Shown: piece by piece, positions 1 through 9,600 of the stretch
Layout: each line of letters opens with the position of its first letter
Position numbering within the stretch: position 1 is the first letter of the stretch
From: Verrucomicrobiales bacterium
Lineage (GTDB): Bacteria; Verrucomicrobiota; Verrucomicrobiia; Limisphaerales; JACDHS01
Length of the DNA: 61,163 nucleotides
Direction of reading: 5' to 3'
NCBI GenBank assembly: GCA_028293445.1
Contig: JAQGOU010000251.1
Span: forward strand, 1-61,163
The notes under the pieces: model-generated
Seen by the model: the letters and a program-made list of their open reading frames with translations, nothing else
Told to the model about the DNA's origin: nothing
Database searches by the model: none
Position numbers and translations under genes: made by a program

Positions 1-543
1 CTGAATCAATTGCGCATCGAGGTCTAAATAATAATCCAATCGACGATCTGTTTCCGCTAAATCGATGTCGCGCGCCATCATTAAAAACGTCGCGTAATGA
101 TTTCCCTCAGATTCTACCAAACTAGCGTAAAATAAGGCTAATTCGGGGTCTATCGGCTTCAATGCCTGAGCCAGGATCTGAAACTTCTCACAACTCCGGC
201 CTTCCACAAGTGCGAAAACCACCAAATGATCAATCACTTGCAAGCGCTGACCGTTGCGAATGGAGCGCATCAGGGCTGATATCCAGGGACTGGGATGGGG
301 TTGACCGAAGGGAATGCCGCGTTTCTCTAATAATTGCAGAACCAGTTCAAAATGTTGCAATTCCTCAATGGCAATCGCATTCAATTCACGCACACGGGGG
401 AAAAGATCACGATATTTCTCCAAATTCAGCGCGCTAGTCGCCGCTTTTCGTTCCAAATGGGCGTGATCGACGAGAATAGCCGGGATATTGGCCAGGACAG
501 TGGGCAACCAATCGGCCCGGGGCTTCGCACGCAACATTAACAT
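1..543 (-). CDS. miaE: MiaE-like tRNA-(ms2io6A37) hydroxylase (ferritin-like di-iron protein), N-terminal 181 codons; the 3' end lies beyond the left window edge
   Basis: Not in the ORF track because it has no stop in the window. My own translation from the ATG (complement of 541-543) stays open to position 1: MLMLRAKPRADWLPTVLANIPAILVDHAHLERKAATSALNLEKY..AIEELQHFELV..VIDHLVVFALVEGRSCEKFQILA..FYASLVESEGNHYATF. The DHxxxExKAA, EELxHF, EGRSCEKF and SEGxHY motifs match the MiaE family as I recall it. Confidence 0.7.
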   Translation of the reverse strand, partial: MLMLRAKPRADWLPTVLANIPAILVDHAHLERKAATSALNLEKYRDLFPRVRELNAIAIEELQHFELVLQLLEKRGIPFGQPHPSPWISALMRSIRNGQRLQVIDHLVVFALVEGRSCEKFQILAQALKPIDPELALFYASLVESEGNHYATFLMMARDIDLAETDRRLDYYLDLDAQLIQ

Positions 544-743
544 GCGATGTTTGTTAACTTAGAAGAGCCTTCGTGCAAGAGGAAAGTCACCGGAGAGGGC
601 GCAAATGATGCGAAGAAGCGATTGTGGCACGGATTTGCGCTTAAAACCGGTGGCTCCGCTGGAATTGGGCCAATTTGAGTATCTTTTCTATCAACGGGTG
701 GTGACGAGATCTCCAAAAAACGTGAATGTGCGTAAGTTGCTGA

Positions 744-1096
744 TATTCAGCTATAAGGCCGAGCCAATAATATTATTGGGTCTTTTTTAGCTTCTAAATC
801 CGACCCTATATTATTATTGGGTCCGTTTTAGCTTCTAAATTGGAGCCAATATTATTATTGGATGCATTTTAGTTCCTAGAACGGACCCAATATTAATATT
901 GGGTGCCTTTTAGCTTCTAAATCCGAGCCAATATTATTTTGGACTCCGTTTTAGCTTCTAAAATGGACCCTATATATTTATTGGCTGCGTTTTAGCTTCA
1001 AAACTGGAGCTTATATTATTATTGGGTGCCTTTTAGCTTCTAAGTTCGACCCAATATTAATATTCGGTGGGTTTTAGCTTCTAAAAACTATCCTGC
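744..1096. repeat. Tandem array 1: about 8.5 copies of a 41-bp unit (TTTTAGCTTCTAAA - variable - AATATTATTATTGG - variable)
   Basis: TTTTAG anchors at 785, 826, 867, 908, 949, 990, 1031 and 1072 are exactly 41 bp apart, with a degenerate copy near 744. Each unit carries two dyads: TTTTAG-CTT-CTAAAA and an AT-rich palindrome (perfect 20-mer ACCCAATATTAATATTGGGT at 885-904). Intergenic. Confidence 0.95.
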
Positions 1097-1198
1097 AACC
1101 TTCGGGACCAGAGTTTGTGTCCAAATTATGAAAAAGGAAAAATGCGCCTATCCTCTCGGGGAATGAAATCTTTCGGACGGTAAAATACCTGGAAACGA

Positions 1199-2596
1199 TC
1201 ATTTCCCCAGTTCGAGACAGACCAAATGATCTTCGCTGCGGAGATAGAGTTTTTTATTGGCGAGCACGGGTGCCGCCCACGTTGGATAATGTAATTGCGG
1301 GACTTGCCAGCGGGACAGTTCCTCGACCTTCTGCGGATTGGCTTTGAACAATCCGAGCAACCCACCCTCCCCCATCACGATCAGTTTTCCGTCGGCGAGG
1401 ATCGCTGAACCGCGTCCGTAAACATCCGGCTGCGCGGCGCTGTGTGGGGACCAATGCTCGTCGCGATCCCACATCAGTTTACCGCTGGCAAATTCGACGC
1501 AACGAAAGCGCGCGTCGGGTTCATTGCGTCCGCTGAATCCGAAGAGAAAACCATCCTGAATGATCGGCGTGGTGAAATGAATTTCCAAAACGAGACTGCG
1601 CCAGAGCTCTTCAAATTTTTGTTGCGCATTGATCTTCAATAGCACCGAACCATTGCGATAATAGGAACTGGAAATCATGACTTTGTCGCCCACAACAACA
1701 GGGTTCGCGGCATTCACCGATTCCTCAACGCGCGCGCGATACCAAAAGCTATCGTCAACCACGCCGGTCTTTGGGTCCAACATGACGAGTCCCTGACGCA
1801 TCAAGCAAAAGGCGCGACGTTTGCCGTTCACCGTGGCGAGCACGGGGGTCGCATAGCTCGCCTGCTTTTCAGAAGTTTTCCAGGCAACCTTTGTTTCTTC
1901 ATCCGCTTTTCGTGAGAGCGAAAACTTTTCCGACGGCTGGCGTTGTTGATAGGAATCGGTGAAGCCCAGCATCGGTTTGCCGGTCCAATTTTTTTCACCG
2001 ACACTTTCCCAAATGGTTTTTCCAGTCTTCGCATCGAGGCCCACGACACCGGAATTCGGTTGTCCGCCGATCATGACGAGAAGCAAATCACCTTCGAGCA
2101 CCGGCGTGCTGCCGACGCCAAAGAACGCTTCAGGAATATCCCATTCCCTGGCCGTGTTCCGTTGCCAAACCAGTTTACCGGTCGCCAACTCCACGCAGCT
2201 CAGCATTCCTTCGGCGCCGAAGGTGTAGCAGAATTTTTCTGCGAGCAGCGGCGTGCAGCGTGGACCGTTGTTGTAGCCGAACGGATCTTGAAATTTGCTT
2301 GGGTATGCGTAGCGCCACACTGCCTTGGCACTTATCGCGTCAATGCATTCGAGGACTTCCTCGTCGGCGACTCGATGAAAGAGAATGAGCTTTCCGTCGC
2401 GGATTGAAGGCGCGCTGTAGCCGGTGCCAATTTGTTTTTCCCAAACCAGCTTCGGTCCGCTCTCAGGAAATTTATCGAGCAACCCGGTCTCAGCGGAGAT
2501 GCCGTTACGATTGGGTCCAAGGAATTGCGGCCAGTCATTTGCGAGCAGGGAGTTGACGGCTAAAAGAATCGCGACAATAGAAAAGGACTTTTTCAT
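1199..2596 (-). CDS. Secreted PQQ-like (BamB-type) beta-propeller repeat protein
   Basis: ORF track 1199..2638 starts at TTG. The ATG at 2596 gives the signal peptide MKKSFSIVAILLAVNSLLA, then NDWPQFLGPNRNG and repeated G/W-rich blades (VWEKQIGTGYSAPSI, GKLVWQR, GKTIWES, GKLMWDR) typical of PQQ-like propellers. Confidence 0.8.
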   Translation of the reverse strand: MKKSFSIVAILLAVNSLLANDWPQFLGPNRNGISAETGLLDKFPESGPKLVWEKQIGTGYSAPSIRDGKLILFHRVADEEVLECIDAISAKAVWRYAYPSKFQDPFGYNNGPRCTPLLAEKFCYTFGAEGMLSCVELATGKLVWQRNTAREWDIPEAFFGVGSTPVLEGDLLLVMIGGQPNSGVVGLDAKTGKTIWESVGEKNWTGKPMLGFTDSYQQRQPSEKFSLSRKADEETKVAWKTSEKQASYATPVLATVNGKRRAFCLMRQGLVMLDPKTGVVDDSFWYRARVEESVNAANPVVVGDKVMISSSYYRNGSVLLKINAQQKFEELWRSLVLEIHFTTPIIQDGFLFGFSGRNEPDARFRCVEFASGKLMWDRDEHWSPHSAAQPDVYGRGSAILADGKLIVMGEGGLLGLFKANPQKVEELSRWQVPQLHYPTWAAPVLANKKLYLRSEDHLVCLELGK

Positions 2597-2766
2597 CGAT
2601 GAGGTCTTGAGAGATAACAGATGGGGAATAAACACCAAACATCAAAAACCAAACACCGAAAATAAACACCAAGATCCAAACATAAATACCAATCCGCGAG
2701 AAATATTTGAATCTCGGGACTTTTCCGTTTTCAGTAGTTCGTTGAAAACGTTTTTTTCGGGCTCTA

Positions 2767-3576
2767 TCAAAGTCCTTGGATGCGGATATTGCGCCAACGA
2801 GCTTTTGTTCCTGCGGGCCAGGCCGCCTTGCCACCATGAACCTGCAAACCGATAGAACCTTTGGCTCCGAGCACGCTGAACACCTTTTCCTGGTTGTAGT
2901 CGGGCAGGGAACAGGTTTCGCCGTTCCAGTGGCAAATTTTGACGCCATTAATCCACGTCGTGATTTGCGGGTGTTTACCGATGCACCGGATGCGCGCGGT
3001 ATTCCAATCGTTTAACCGCCACGTTTTAATCCACTCCTCCGGTCCACAACTGTATTCATAAACACCTTTCGGCCAATGAGCGGCGCGCGGATCGGGTTCC
3101 GTAGTAAACCGTTTTGGTTTGCCGTCCGCGCCGAGGGTGGCCTGAATCTGAAACGGTTTCATGGCAAAGTTCCCCGGCATTTCACCGCGTAGATGTCCGA
3201 CATTTCCGCCCTGGTGGTAGTCGACGTACATCTGGAAGCCGTGGCCTTCATCGGTGCAGCGAAAGAAGATTCCGGTGTCCGGTCCCCAATCGGGATTGAT
3301 ATCGATGGTGAGCTCGAAGTCTCCAAATTTCTCGTCGGTTAAAAGCATTCCGCCGTTACCGGAACCCGGAGGATCCTGTTCACAGATCAACAAACCGTCT
3401 TCAACCGTCCAGCTTCCGCCGGTGCCGTGCCCGATCTTTTTCGGGGGCTTGTGCCAGCCTTTGAGCGATTTCCCATCAAACAGTGATCGCGTTTCCGCCG
3501 CAGCCCACGAGGCGGGAGTGATCGCGGCACTGGCAACGGCACAGGTTCCAATAAAGTGGCGTCGAGTGATTCTCAT
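2767..3576 (-). CDS. DUF1080 (3-keto-disaccharide hydrolase-like, concanavalin-fold) protein with a Tat-type signal
   Basis: ORF track 2767..3906 has a 110-aa Arg/Ser-rich junk extension that would run past the stop of the upstream gene. The ATG at 3576 gives MRITRRHFIGTCAVASAAITPASWAAAE, then LFDGKSLKGWH..GSWTVEDGLL..GMLLTDEKFGDFEL..NSG(I)FFR-like motifs and a C-terminal RWRNIRIQ, which is typical of DUF1080. Confidence 0.8.
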   Translation of the reverse strand: MRITRRHFIGTCAVASAAITPASWAAAETRSLFDGKSLKGWHKPPKKIGHGTGGSWTVEDGLLICEQDPPGSGNGGMLLTDEKFGDFELTIDINPDWGPDTGIFFRCTDEGHGFQMYVDYHQGGNVGHLRGEMPGNFAMKPFQIQATLGADGKPKRFTTEPDPRAAHWPKGVYEYSCGPEEWIKTWRLNDWNTARIRCIGKHPQITTWINGVKICHWNGETCSLPDYNQEKVFSVLGAKGSIGLQVHGGKAAWPAGTKARWRNIRIQGL

Positions 3577-3701
3577 GGTGAAGAGTTCATCTTTCGGAGG
3601 AGATCCTTCTCTGTCGAGAAGTTTCAAGGCGGGAAAGGTTGACGACCTGGCAACGCGAGCGTTTCCGCAACAATCTCGTCCTGACTGAAATTGCGATGGA
3701 A

Positions 3702-4490
3702 TCAGGGAATGGTTTCTTGAACGCGAGTCAGGTCGGGATCGCCCACGGGCGCTGGCACATTGATGGCGACTCCGGCTGCGGCTTGGCCGACTCCAATGGC
3801 GAGAACACTCGTCCCTTTCCACTTCCAGATAATGGTATGCCCGTCGGCAAAGGACCCGCCGCACGCCTTGTTGTGGGCGCTTCCAGGCAGATTCCACCAT
3901 ATCCACGTTCCCGCTGGCCGAATGCCAATCATGCCGTTGTCGATGCTGCGAGGATCTTCTTCCCAGAATACAGAAGCCTGGCTTGGGTTGGGACGTTGAA
4001 TGGCCGTCTCTTTGACAAATGAGGTCGGATAGATGGCGGGATCACCACCCATCGTGTGCGTCATGGCGTAGGATCGGGTTCTCGGAATGCCGTTGGGAAA
4101 TGTGGCATTGCCCGCGGTTCGAGATTTGTCAGCAGGACAAACGTAAATCTTAACGTTCGGATTATATCTGAAGAGCATTCCGTTTTCGATGTTTGTGGTG
4201 TTCATATCCAGCTTGGGATCTCCGACCACCCAGGAATCGGCGAAACTGGCGGTCGAACTGCCGTGGTTCGGGACCAGAGTATCATTGTTATCGGCGGAGT
4301 ACATGTGCCAACCGAGCTGGAGTTGTTTCAGATTGTTCATGCAGTTGATGCCGAGCGTGCTCGATTTGGCTTTGCTCAGTGCAGGCAAAAGCATCCCCGC
4401 CAGGATAGCGATGATGGCGATAACGACGAGCAGTTCAATCAACGTAAAGCCATGACACTTCTTTTTTGACGGAAGGGATAAATTCTTCAT
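3702..4490 (-). CDS. Prepilin-type N-terminal cleavage/methylation domain protein with an H-X9-DG motif (DUF1559-like pseudopilin)
   Basis: ATG at 4490 (the track start at 4511 is TTG). N-terminus [38 protein letters not shown]; the C-terminal [13 protein letters not shown] fits H-X9-DG. It starts 17 nt after the stop of the giant LamG gene. Confidence 0.85.
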   Translation of the reverse strand: MKNLSLPSKKKCHGFTLIELLVVIAIIAILAGMLLPALSKAKSSTLGINCMNNLKQLQLGWHMYSADNNDTLVPNHGSSTASFADSWVVGDPKLDMNTTNIENGMLFRYNPNVKIYVCPADKSRTAGNATFPNGIPRTRSYAMTHTMGGDPAIYPTSFVKETAIQRPNPSQASVFWEEDPRSIDNGMIGIRPAGTWIWWNLPGSAHNKACGGSFADGHTIIWKWKGTSVLAIGVGQAAAGVAINVPAPVGDPDLTRVQETIP

Positions 4491-4507
4491 ATGGGTCCTC
4501 TGCTGTC

Positions 4508-7500
4508 TCAAGGTTTATGCAGGCGATAGAACCGGCTTCCTGCCGCACTGTTGATCGTGAATTTGTTCGTGCCAGCAGCGGTAGTGATGGAATTGGTGAC
4601 AGCCACCCAGTTCGTTGGAGACAGACTTAACGTCGTTTCCAGAGCAAGCGTAAGCGGTGTCACGGGCCAGGCCAGATCTATATTGGTTCCTGTGGTTTGC
4701 ACAGAGAGGGAAATGGGTGAGGCGAGGATTGCATACTTGTTAGCGACGTAGCTATCGAGTAATTGCCGTTCCTGATCGCTGAGCGCCGCACTGAAGATAA
4801 GTATCTCCGCCATGTCGCCGTTCATCTTCGGTCTCAGATCGTAACGAGTGCCGATGCCCAGTGGGTAACCAGAGTCAGCAATTGTCGTCACGATTGTTCC
4901 GGTGCCATTGGTGGCCCCGTCGAGATAATGTGTGACACTTGTGCCACTCATGACGACCGACAACGCATGGAGCGAATTCGTCCCCGGAGCGGACAGTCCG
5001 ATCACCGAACCATTGACCAAGCCGTTGCCTCGATAGAACTTCGGAAGGCCGGTAGTCTTGTTCAAGTAATAATCGTAAGGACCAGGTTGATTCCACGCCG
5101 CCCCGCCGGACTTACCCACCAGCCCAATCTCATTGGCCGTCGAAGTGAAGTCTTTGATCCGGACAACCGTGTAGATCGTCATGTCTCCCGTAATTTGCAG
5201 ACTCGGGTCATTACCCGCGAAAAGGTATTGCGTAGTGCCATCGAAGTTTACGACTGGAAGACCACTAAATCCGTTCGTCGTGAATAGCGGAGCCGGATTG
5301 CCAGAGAGCGTCGCCGCATGATTGGCATGGCCGGATTGATCCGTCCATTGAGTGACCAGGTTTTGGCCGTCCGCAGTCACACCAGCATCTGCTTTCAACC
5401 ACAACGCCAGCGACGCGGGATAAACGCCGAGCGCCGTGGGACTCGAGACAATCGCATTGCCAAAGAGATCTTTCACATTCTGCACTGTGAGGGAATACGA
5501 AGTCGGTGGGTTCAATCCTGACACGGTAAGAATCACCTGGTTCGGTGCGTCTCCCATGACCGCAGCCGTAACCACTGCTCCATTGTCCAAGGTGTAATTG
5601 GCAATGTTGGTGGCGAAGGACGGGTCCACCGCTTCAGAAAATGTGACCACCAATTGAGTCTGGTTCCATAATTTTAACCTGGCAGAAACAACCGTCGGTG
5701 GGACCGAATCACCAGTAACCGTCAGCGTAGCGGAGTCACTATTCGTCGTGGTTCCGTCCGGGAGGAAAATCACCGCGCGATAACCGGCGTTGTTGTCTCC
5801 GGTCGTCAAAGCAGGTGTGGTGTAAGTCAAACTGGTGGCGCCGGGAATGTTGGAGAGATTTTTTTGCCATTGATAATTGAACGTCGCAGGTCCAGCCGCC
5901 GCGGCGACCGTAAAGGTGGCGGTTTCTCCTTCCAGTTTCGCAACGCTTTGCGGCTGGGTTGTAATGCTGAAGGGGAAATATTTAAAGCCGAGATAGGAAG
6001 CAAGGGCCTTGCGTTCCACGGTGGAAATCGCGCTGCTGAACACCAGCACTTCGGCGATGTCCCCTTTCATGAATTGATCGAGGGCATCGCGAGAGCCAAT
6101 CTTTAATGGACGCCCGGCATCGGCTATCGTAGTGGAAAGATTGCCGGTGCCGTTCGCCAACCCGTCGAGGAAATGGCTGACATTGGTCCCAGCCATGACA
6201 GCGGTCATGATGTGCGGCACACCAGCAGAGGGGAGAGCCGATGCCAACACACGCGCGTTCACCGTCCCATTTCCACGATAGAGCGGCATCCCGTTCGCAC
6301 CATTGTTAATATAATAGTCGAATGGTGCAGGAAGGTTGGCGGTCGTTTTGCTAATCAATTGCCGCACCGCGCCAGTTGGCAGATCGGTCATTTTGGCTAC
6401 AACGACAATCGAAAGATCACCCGTAATGGCAAGGCTCGGCGTGGACACCGCTTGAAGATAGTTGCTCGCTCCATCGAAGCTCAAAACAGGCTTGCCGTTC
6501 ATCGAGACGGAAGTCCAGGTCGGACGTAACATCGTCAATCCATACTGTTGCGCATGGTTCGTGTTCCCGGATTGATCGTCCCATTGGTTCACGAGACCAG
6601 AAGCATTGGTGGAAACCCCCGAATCCGCCCGCAACCAGATCGACATGCTGGAAGGAAGAATAGAGATCGTCTGCGGAACCATGGTGTTCGCAGCAAGGTC
6701 CTGAATATTTTTCACCGACAATAAGTAGACCGTGTTGGTGTCGAGGATAGATGTCGTGAGAATAACCTGACTGGAAACACTTCCGACGGTAGCCGCGGAA
6801 ATTGTTGCGCCCTGATTGAGCGTATAATTGGTTAAAGTCGTTGCGGTGCCGGCGGTGACTGGCTCAGAAAAATTCACGATGACGTTCGTAACGTTTCCTG
6901 CAGCTTTCAGCGCGGAGGAAACGATCGGAGCCTGAGTATCCGCATTCACCGTCAAGGTGGCGAACGCGCTATTCGTGCTGATCCCGAGTGGCGTTGAAAC
7001 CACGACGCGGTAAGTAGAGGCATTGTTCGTCAAAGCAAGAGTGGGCGTAGTGTAAATAGAATTCGTGGCACCAACGATATTGTTCGTTCCCTTCTGCCAT
7101 TGGTAAAAGATGGTTGGGGTACCTGCCTGCGCGGTGACAGAAAACGTTGCGGTTTGGCCAACCATTCTCGTGGCATCCTCTGGCTGCGCAAGGATCCCGA
7201 GCGCGACAACCGAGATCCCATACTTGGCACCGAGATAGTTCTCGATGGTGGATTTTTCTGCGTCTGAGACTGCACCGCGAATGACCATTGCTTCAGCCAT
7301 GTTGCCCACAAACTTCGTGGCGTTATCCTGCCGAATCCCGAGTCGAATGGGATTTCCGCGATCAGCGAGTCCCGTAAGAATCGGCCCTGACCCATTGAAA
7401 TTGCCATTCACATAACTGGAACCGTTGGTTCCATTCACAACGACGGAGAGCAAATAGAATTGATTCGCGACGATCCCGGCTGTGCTGGGGAATGAGTTGA

Positions 7501-8806
7501 ACCCCGAGCCATTTCCGCGCACGAAAGAAATTTTCCCGGTTGTTTTAACAATTTGCAGATCGTAGGTCGCAGGAACATTGAGAGGCCCTTTACTGATTGG
7601 GCTTTGATTACCTGCGGGCGCAATGTTTTCGGTGCTCACCACCAGGAAAACAGAGACATCACGATTGGCCTGCAGGCTGGAACTGCCCGGCACTTCGAGC
7701 AGGTTCGTCACTCCGTCAAAATGGATCGCTGGTTTTCCGTTCACCGCGCCAGCCGTGAGAATCGGCTGAGAAACGTTCGTGACCTGGACCGCATGGTTAT
7801 TGGCACCGGATTGATCATTCCATTGACTGACGGCGTTATTCACGTCCGCAGTGACACCTTGATCGGCCATCAGCCAGAGCGTGAATTCAGCTTCCACTGT
7901 CACGGGTGCGTTGTTGAAGGTGACGGTGTCGGAGACGTCACGGATATTTTGAACCGCGACTGTATACACAAGATTGGAATCCAGAGTGGGCACCTGCAAA
8001 CGAACGGTGTCATTGTATTGACTCAGCGTCGCACTCGAGATGGTGACAATGTTCGTTCCACTCTGGACGGTGTAATTGGCGATGTTGTTGGCGGAAAGGG
8101 CCTGCACCGATTCGGAGAACTGAACCGTGATTCGGTCGCCAGAATAACTTCGAGTAGCCAGTTTGATCGTTGGAACAACGGTGTAATCGATGAACTGAAC
8201 TTTACTCAACCCCACACGATTGTCGGTCCCGTTCGCGCCATAATTCGTGAGCACATTAATACGAATGTATTGGGCAGAGATGCCGCCCATGTCGATGGTC
8301 TGGCCAAAGTTCGTGAAAACCAAAGGCGCCTTATCGAACACTTGGTTTACCAGGTTGGTTGTGAACGTAACGTTGTCGGAACTGTATGAAACATTGGCGC
8401 GCTGCAATCCGCGGCCAGGAATGGTGGTGGCGCCTGGTTCGTTATAGTTCCAGACCTTCATTTTATTAATCGTGTGTAATGAGCCCAGGTCAAACGTCAC
8501 GAAGGCGTTCGTAAAGGCGTTGGCGGTGGTAACGGAAGTGAGCCATGTGGAACCGTTCGGCGTAGTGGTATGAATGTCGCCGAATAAACCGACGCCATTC
8601 AACAAGTTCGTCGCTCCGTTAGCTGCTCCTTGCGAAGAAACCGAAGCGACGGCGACGTTTGGAATCACCCCGGCGGAGACAGTCAATTGGAAGGTCAGAA
8701 GAACGAAGGAGACGGCACGAAACCAGGTTTTTGTATTCACGATAGATTGTTTTTCCCAGGACCCCTTGCGTACGATGCGCCTAGTTACGACAAGGCTGTC
8801 GATCAT
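4508..8806 (-). CDS. Giant secreted/surface protein: N-terminal discoidin-like domain followed by three [bacterial Ig-like - LamG/concanavalin lectin - Ig I-set] modules and a C-terminal ..FYRL domain
   Basis: 1432 aa from the ATG at 8806 (the track start at 8812 is TTG). Three repeats of LWL(M/R/K)AD.GV....V.QW.DQSG..NHA (LamG_3-like), each followed by I-set-like segments (F.YQWQK....GAT...YTTP.L). Hydrophobic N-terminal segment [19 protein letters not shown]. Confidence 0.85.
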   Translation of the reverse strand: MIDSLVVTRRIVRKGSWEKQSIVNTKTWFRAVSFVLLTFQLTVSAGVIPNVAVASVSSQGAANGATNLLNGVGLFGDIHTTTPNGSTWLTSVTTANAFTNAFVTFDLGSLHTINKMKVWNYNEPGATTIPGRGLQRANVSYSSDNVTFTTNLVNQVFDKAPLVFTNFGQTIDMGGISAQYIRINVLTNYGANGTDNRVGLSKVQFIDYTVVPTIKLATRSYSGDRITVQFSESVQALSANNIANYTVQSGTNIVTISSATLSQYNDTVRLQVPTLDSNLVYTVAVQNIRDVSDTVTFNNAPVTVEAEFTLWLMADQGVTADVNNAVSQWNDQSGANNHAVQVTNVSQPILTAGAVNGKPAIHFDGVTNLLEVPGSSSLQANRDVSVFLVVSTENIAPAGNQSPISKGPLNVPATYDLQIVKTTGKISFVRGNGSGFNSFPSTAGIVANQFYLLSVVVNGTNGSSYVNGNFNGSGPILTGLADRGNPIRLGIRQDNATKFVGNMAEAMVIRGAVSDAEKSTIENYLGAKYGISVVALGILAQPEDATRMVGQTATFSVTAQAGTPTIFYQWQKGTNNIVGATNSIYTTPTLALTNNASTYRVVVSTPLGISTNSAFATLTVNADTQAPIVSSALKAAGNVTNVIVNFSEPVTAGTATTLTNYTLNQGATISAATVGSVSSQVILTTSILDTNTVYLLSVKNIQDLAANTMVPQTISILPSSMSIWLRADSGVSTNASGLVNQWDDQSGNTNHAQQYGLTMLRPTWTSVSMNGKPVLSFDGASNYLQAVSTPSLAITGDLSIVVVAKMTDLPTGAVRQLISKTTANLPAPFDYYINNGANGMPLYRGNGTVNARVLASALPSAGVPHIMTAVMAGTNVSHFLDGLANGTGNLSTTIADAGRPLKIGSRDALDQFMKGDIAEVLVFSSAISTVERKALASYLGFKYFPFSITTQPQSVAKLEGETATFTVAAAAGPATFNYQWQKNLSNIPGATSLTYTTPALTTGDNNAGYRAVIFLPDGTTTNSDSATLTVTGDSVPPTVVSARLKLWNQTQLVVTFSEAVDPSFATNIANYTLDNGAVVTAAVMGDAPNQVILTVSGLNPPTSYSLTVQNVKDLFGNAIVSSPTALGVYPASLALWLKADAGVTADGQNLVTQWTDQSGHANHAATLSGNPAPLFTTNGFSGLPVVNFDGTTQYLFAGNDPSLQITGDMTIYTVVRIKDFTSTANEIGLVGKSGGAAWNQPGPYDYYLNKTTGLPKFYRGNGLVNGSVIGLSAPGTNSLHALSVVMSGTSVTHYLDGATNGTGTIVTTIADSGYPLGIGTRYDLRPKMNGDMAEILIFSAALSDQERQLLDSYVANKYAILASPISLSVQTTGTNIDLAWPVTPLTLALETTLSLSPTNWVAVTNSITTAAGTNKFTINSAAGSRFYRLHKP

Positions 8807-8911
8807 CGACAAAAGGGAAATCCGTTCCAGAGACTAGCTGAAAGGAGGTCTGTCTCCGATACCCCTATTCAGGTGACACTGCGAACCCTGAGAAATCGCG
8901 CGGTCGAGCAA

Positions 8912-9595
8912 TCAAGAAGCCGACAAATATCGCGCGACCGCCTGGGCGCGTGAGCGGACATGCATCTTTTTATAAATGCGTTTTAAGTAACTGCAAATCG
9001 TATCGACGCTCAATTCCAACTGCTCGGCGATTTCCTTGTTCGAATAGCCTTGGGATAGAAGCGCCAATACCTCCTCCTCGCGCGTAGACAATCGAGCATC
9101 ATCATCACGGGCAGCTTTGGTTTTGCTTTTCTGGCGGAAGAAACGGACGACCCGCCGGGCGATCTCGCTGCTCATCGGCGCGCCTCCCTTCAAAACATCC
9201 AACAACGAATCGCGCAGATTCTCCGGTTTCGTCAGCTTCAAGAGATAACCATCGGCTCCTGCTTCCAAGGCCAGAAAGATCAGGGCGTCATCGTCCACGG
9301 CGGTGAGGATAACAATTTGCAGGTCGGGTTGGGCTTCTTTGAGACGTTTGACACATTCGATTCCCGACATCCTAGGCAGAAAAATATCCATTAGAACCAC
9401 GTCCGGATTCATCTCGGGAATAATCCGCAGCGCCTCCTCGGCTGAAACGCAACAATGCACGCATTTAAATTCCGGGAATGAATTGATCAGCTTGCTCCAG
9501 TTCTCGCGGATTTCGGCTTTGTCCTCTACCAGAACGATCCGAAACGCAGGCTTGGCAGAAGCCTCTTTCGTTTCTTTTGGCCGATTTGTATTCAT
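8912..9595 (-). CDS. Two-component response regulator, NarL/LuxR family (REC + HTH_LuxR)
   Basis: RIVLVEDKAEIRE..VVLMDIFLPRMSGIE..VILTA..GADGYLLK receiver motifs and LSTREEEVLALLSQGYSNKEIAEQLELSVDTICSYLKRIYKKM. ATG at 9595, 6 nt after the kinase stop. Confidence 0.9.
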   Translation of the reverse strand: MNTNRPKETKEASAKPAFRIVLVEDKAEIRENWSKLINSFPEFKCVHCCVSAEEALRIIPEMNPDVVLMDIFLPRMSGIECVKRLKEAQPDLQIVILTAVDDDALIFLALEAGADGYLLKLTKPENLRDSLLDVLKGGAPMSSEIARRVVRFFRQKSKTKAARDDDARLSTREEEVLALLSQGYSNKEIAEQLELSVDTICSYLKRIYKKMHVRSRAQAVARYLSAS

Positions 9596-9600
9596 GAAAA

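Noticed and set aside
744-1096. CRISPR array, considered for this tract and for the other four tandem arrays at 20763-21140, 34751-35143, 45421-46028 and 56263-56775
   Set aside because: Units are contiguous with a 41-42 bp period, and there are no unique spacers. The variable positions are a few nucleotides flanking palindromes. No cas genes lie in the window. The repeat-plus-spacer periodicity of a CRISPR array (about 60-75 bp) is absent.
2767-3906. The 379-aa version of the DUF1080 gene, and similar N-terminally extended track ORFs (1199..2638, 3702..4511, 11160.., 16432.., 22837.., 31986..33152, 34259..34630, 39967.., 46238.., 49781..)
   Set aside because: The extensions start at TTG/GTG, encode Arg/Ser-rich junk and often overlap the upstream gene. 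An internal ATG exposes a canonical signal peptide or a conserved N-terminus.
3702-4490. Type II secretion or type IV pilus locus, inferred from the prepilin-like genes at 3702..4490 and 15211..16110
   Set aside because: Both genes are solitary. No secretin, ATPase, platform or prepilin peptidase genes lie nearby. The H-X9-DG C-terminus marks the PVC-specific DUF1559-type expansion rather than true pilins.
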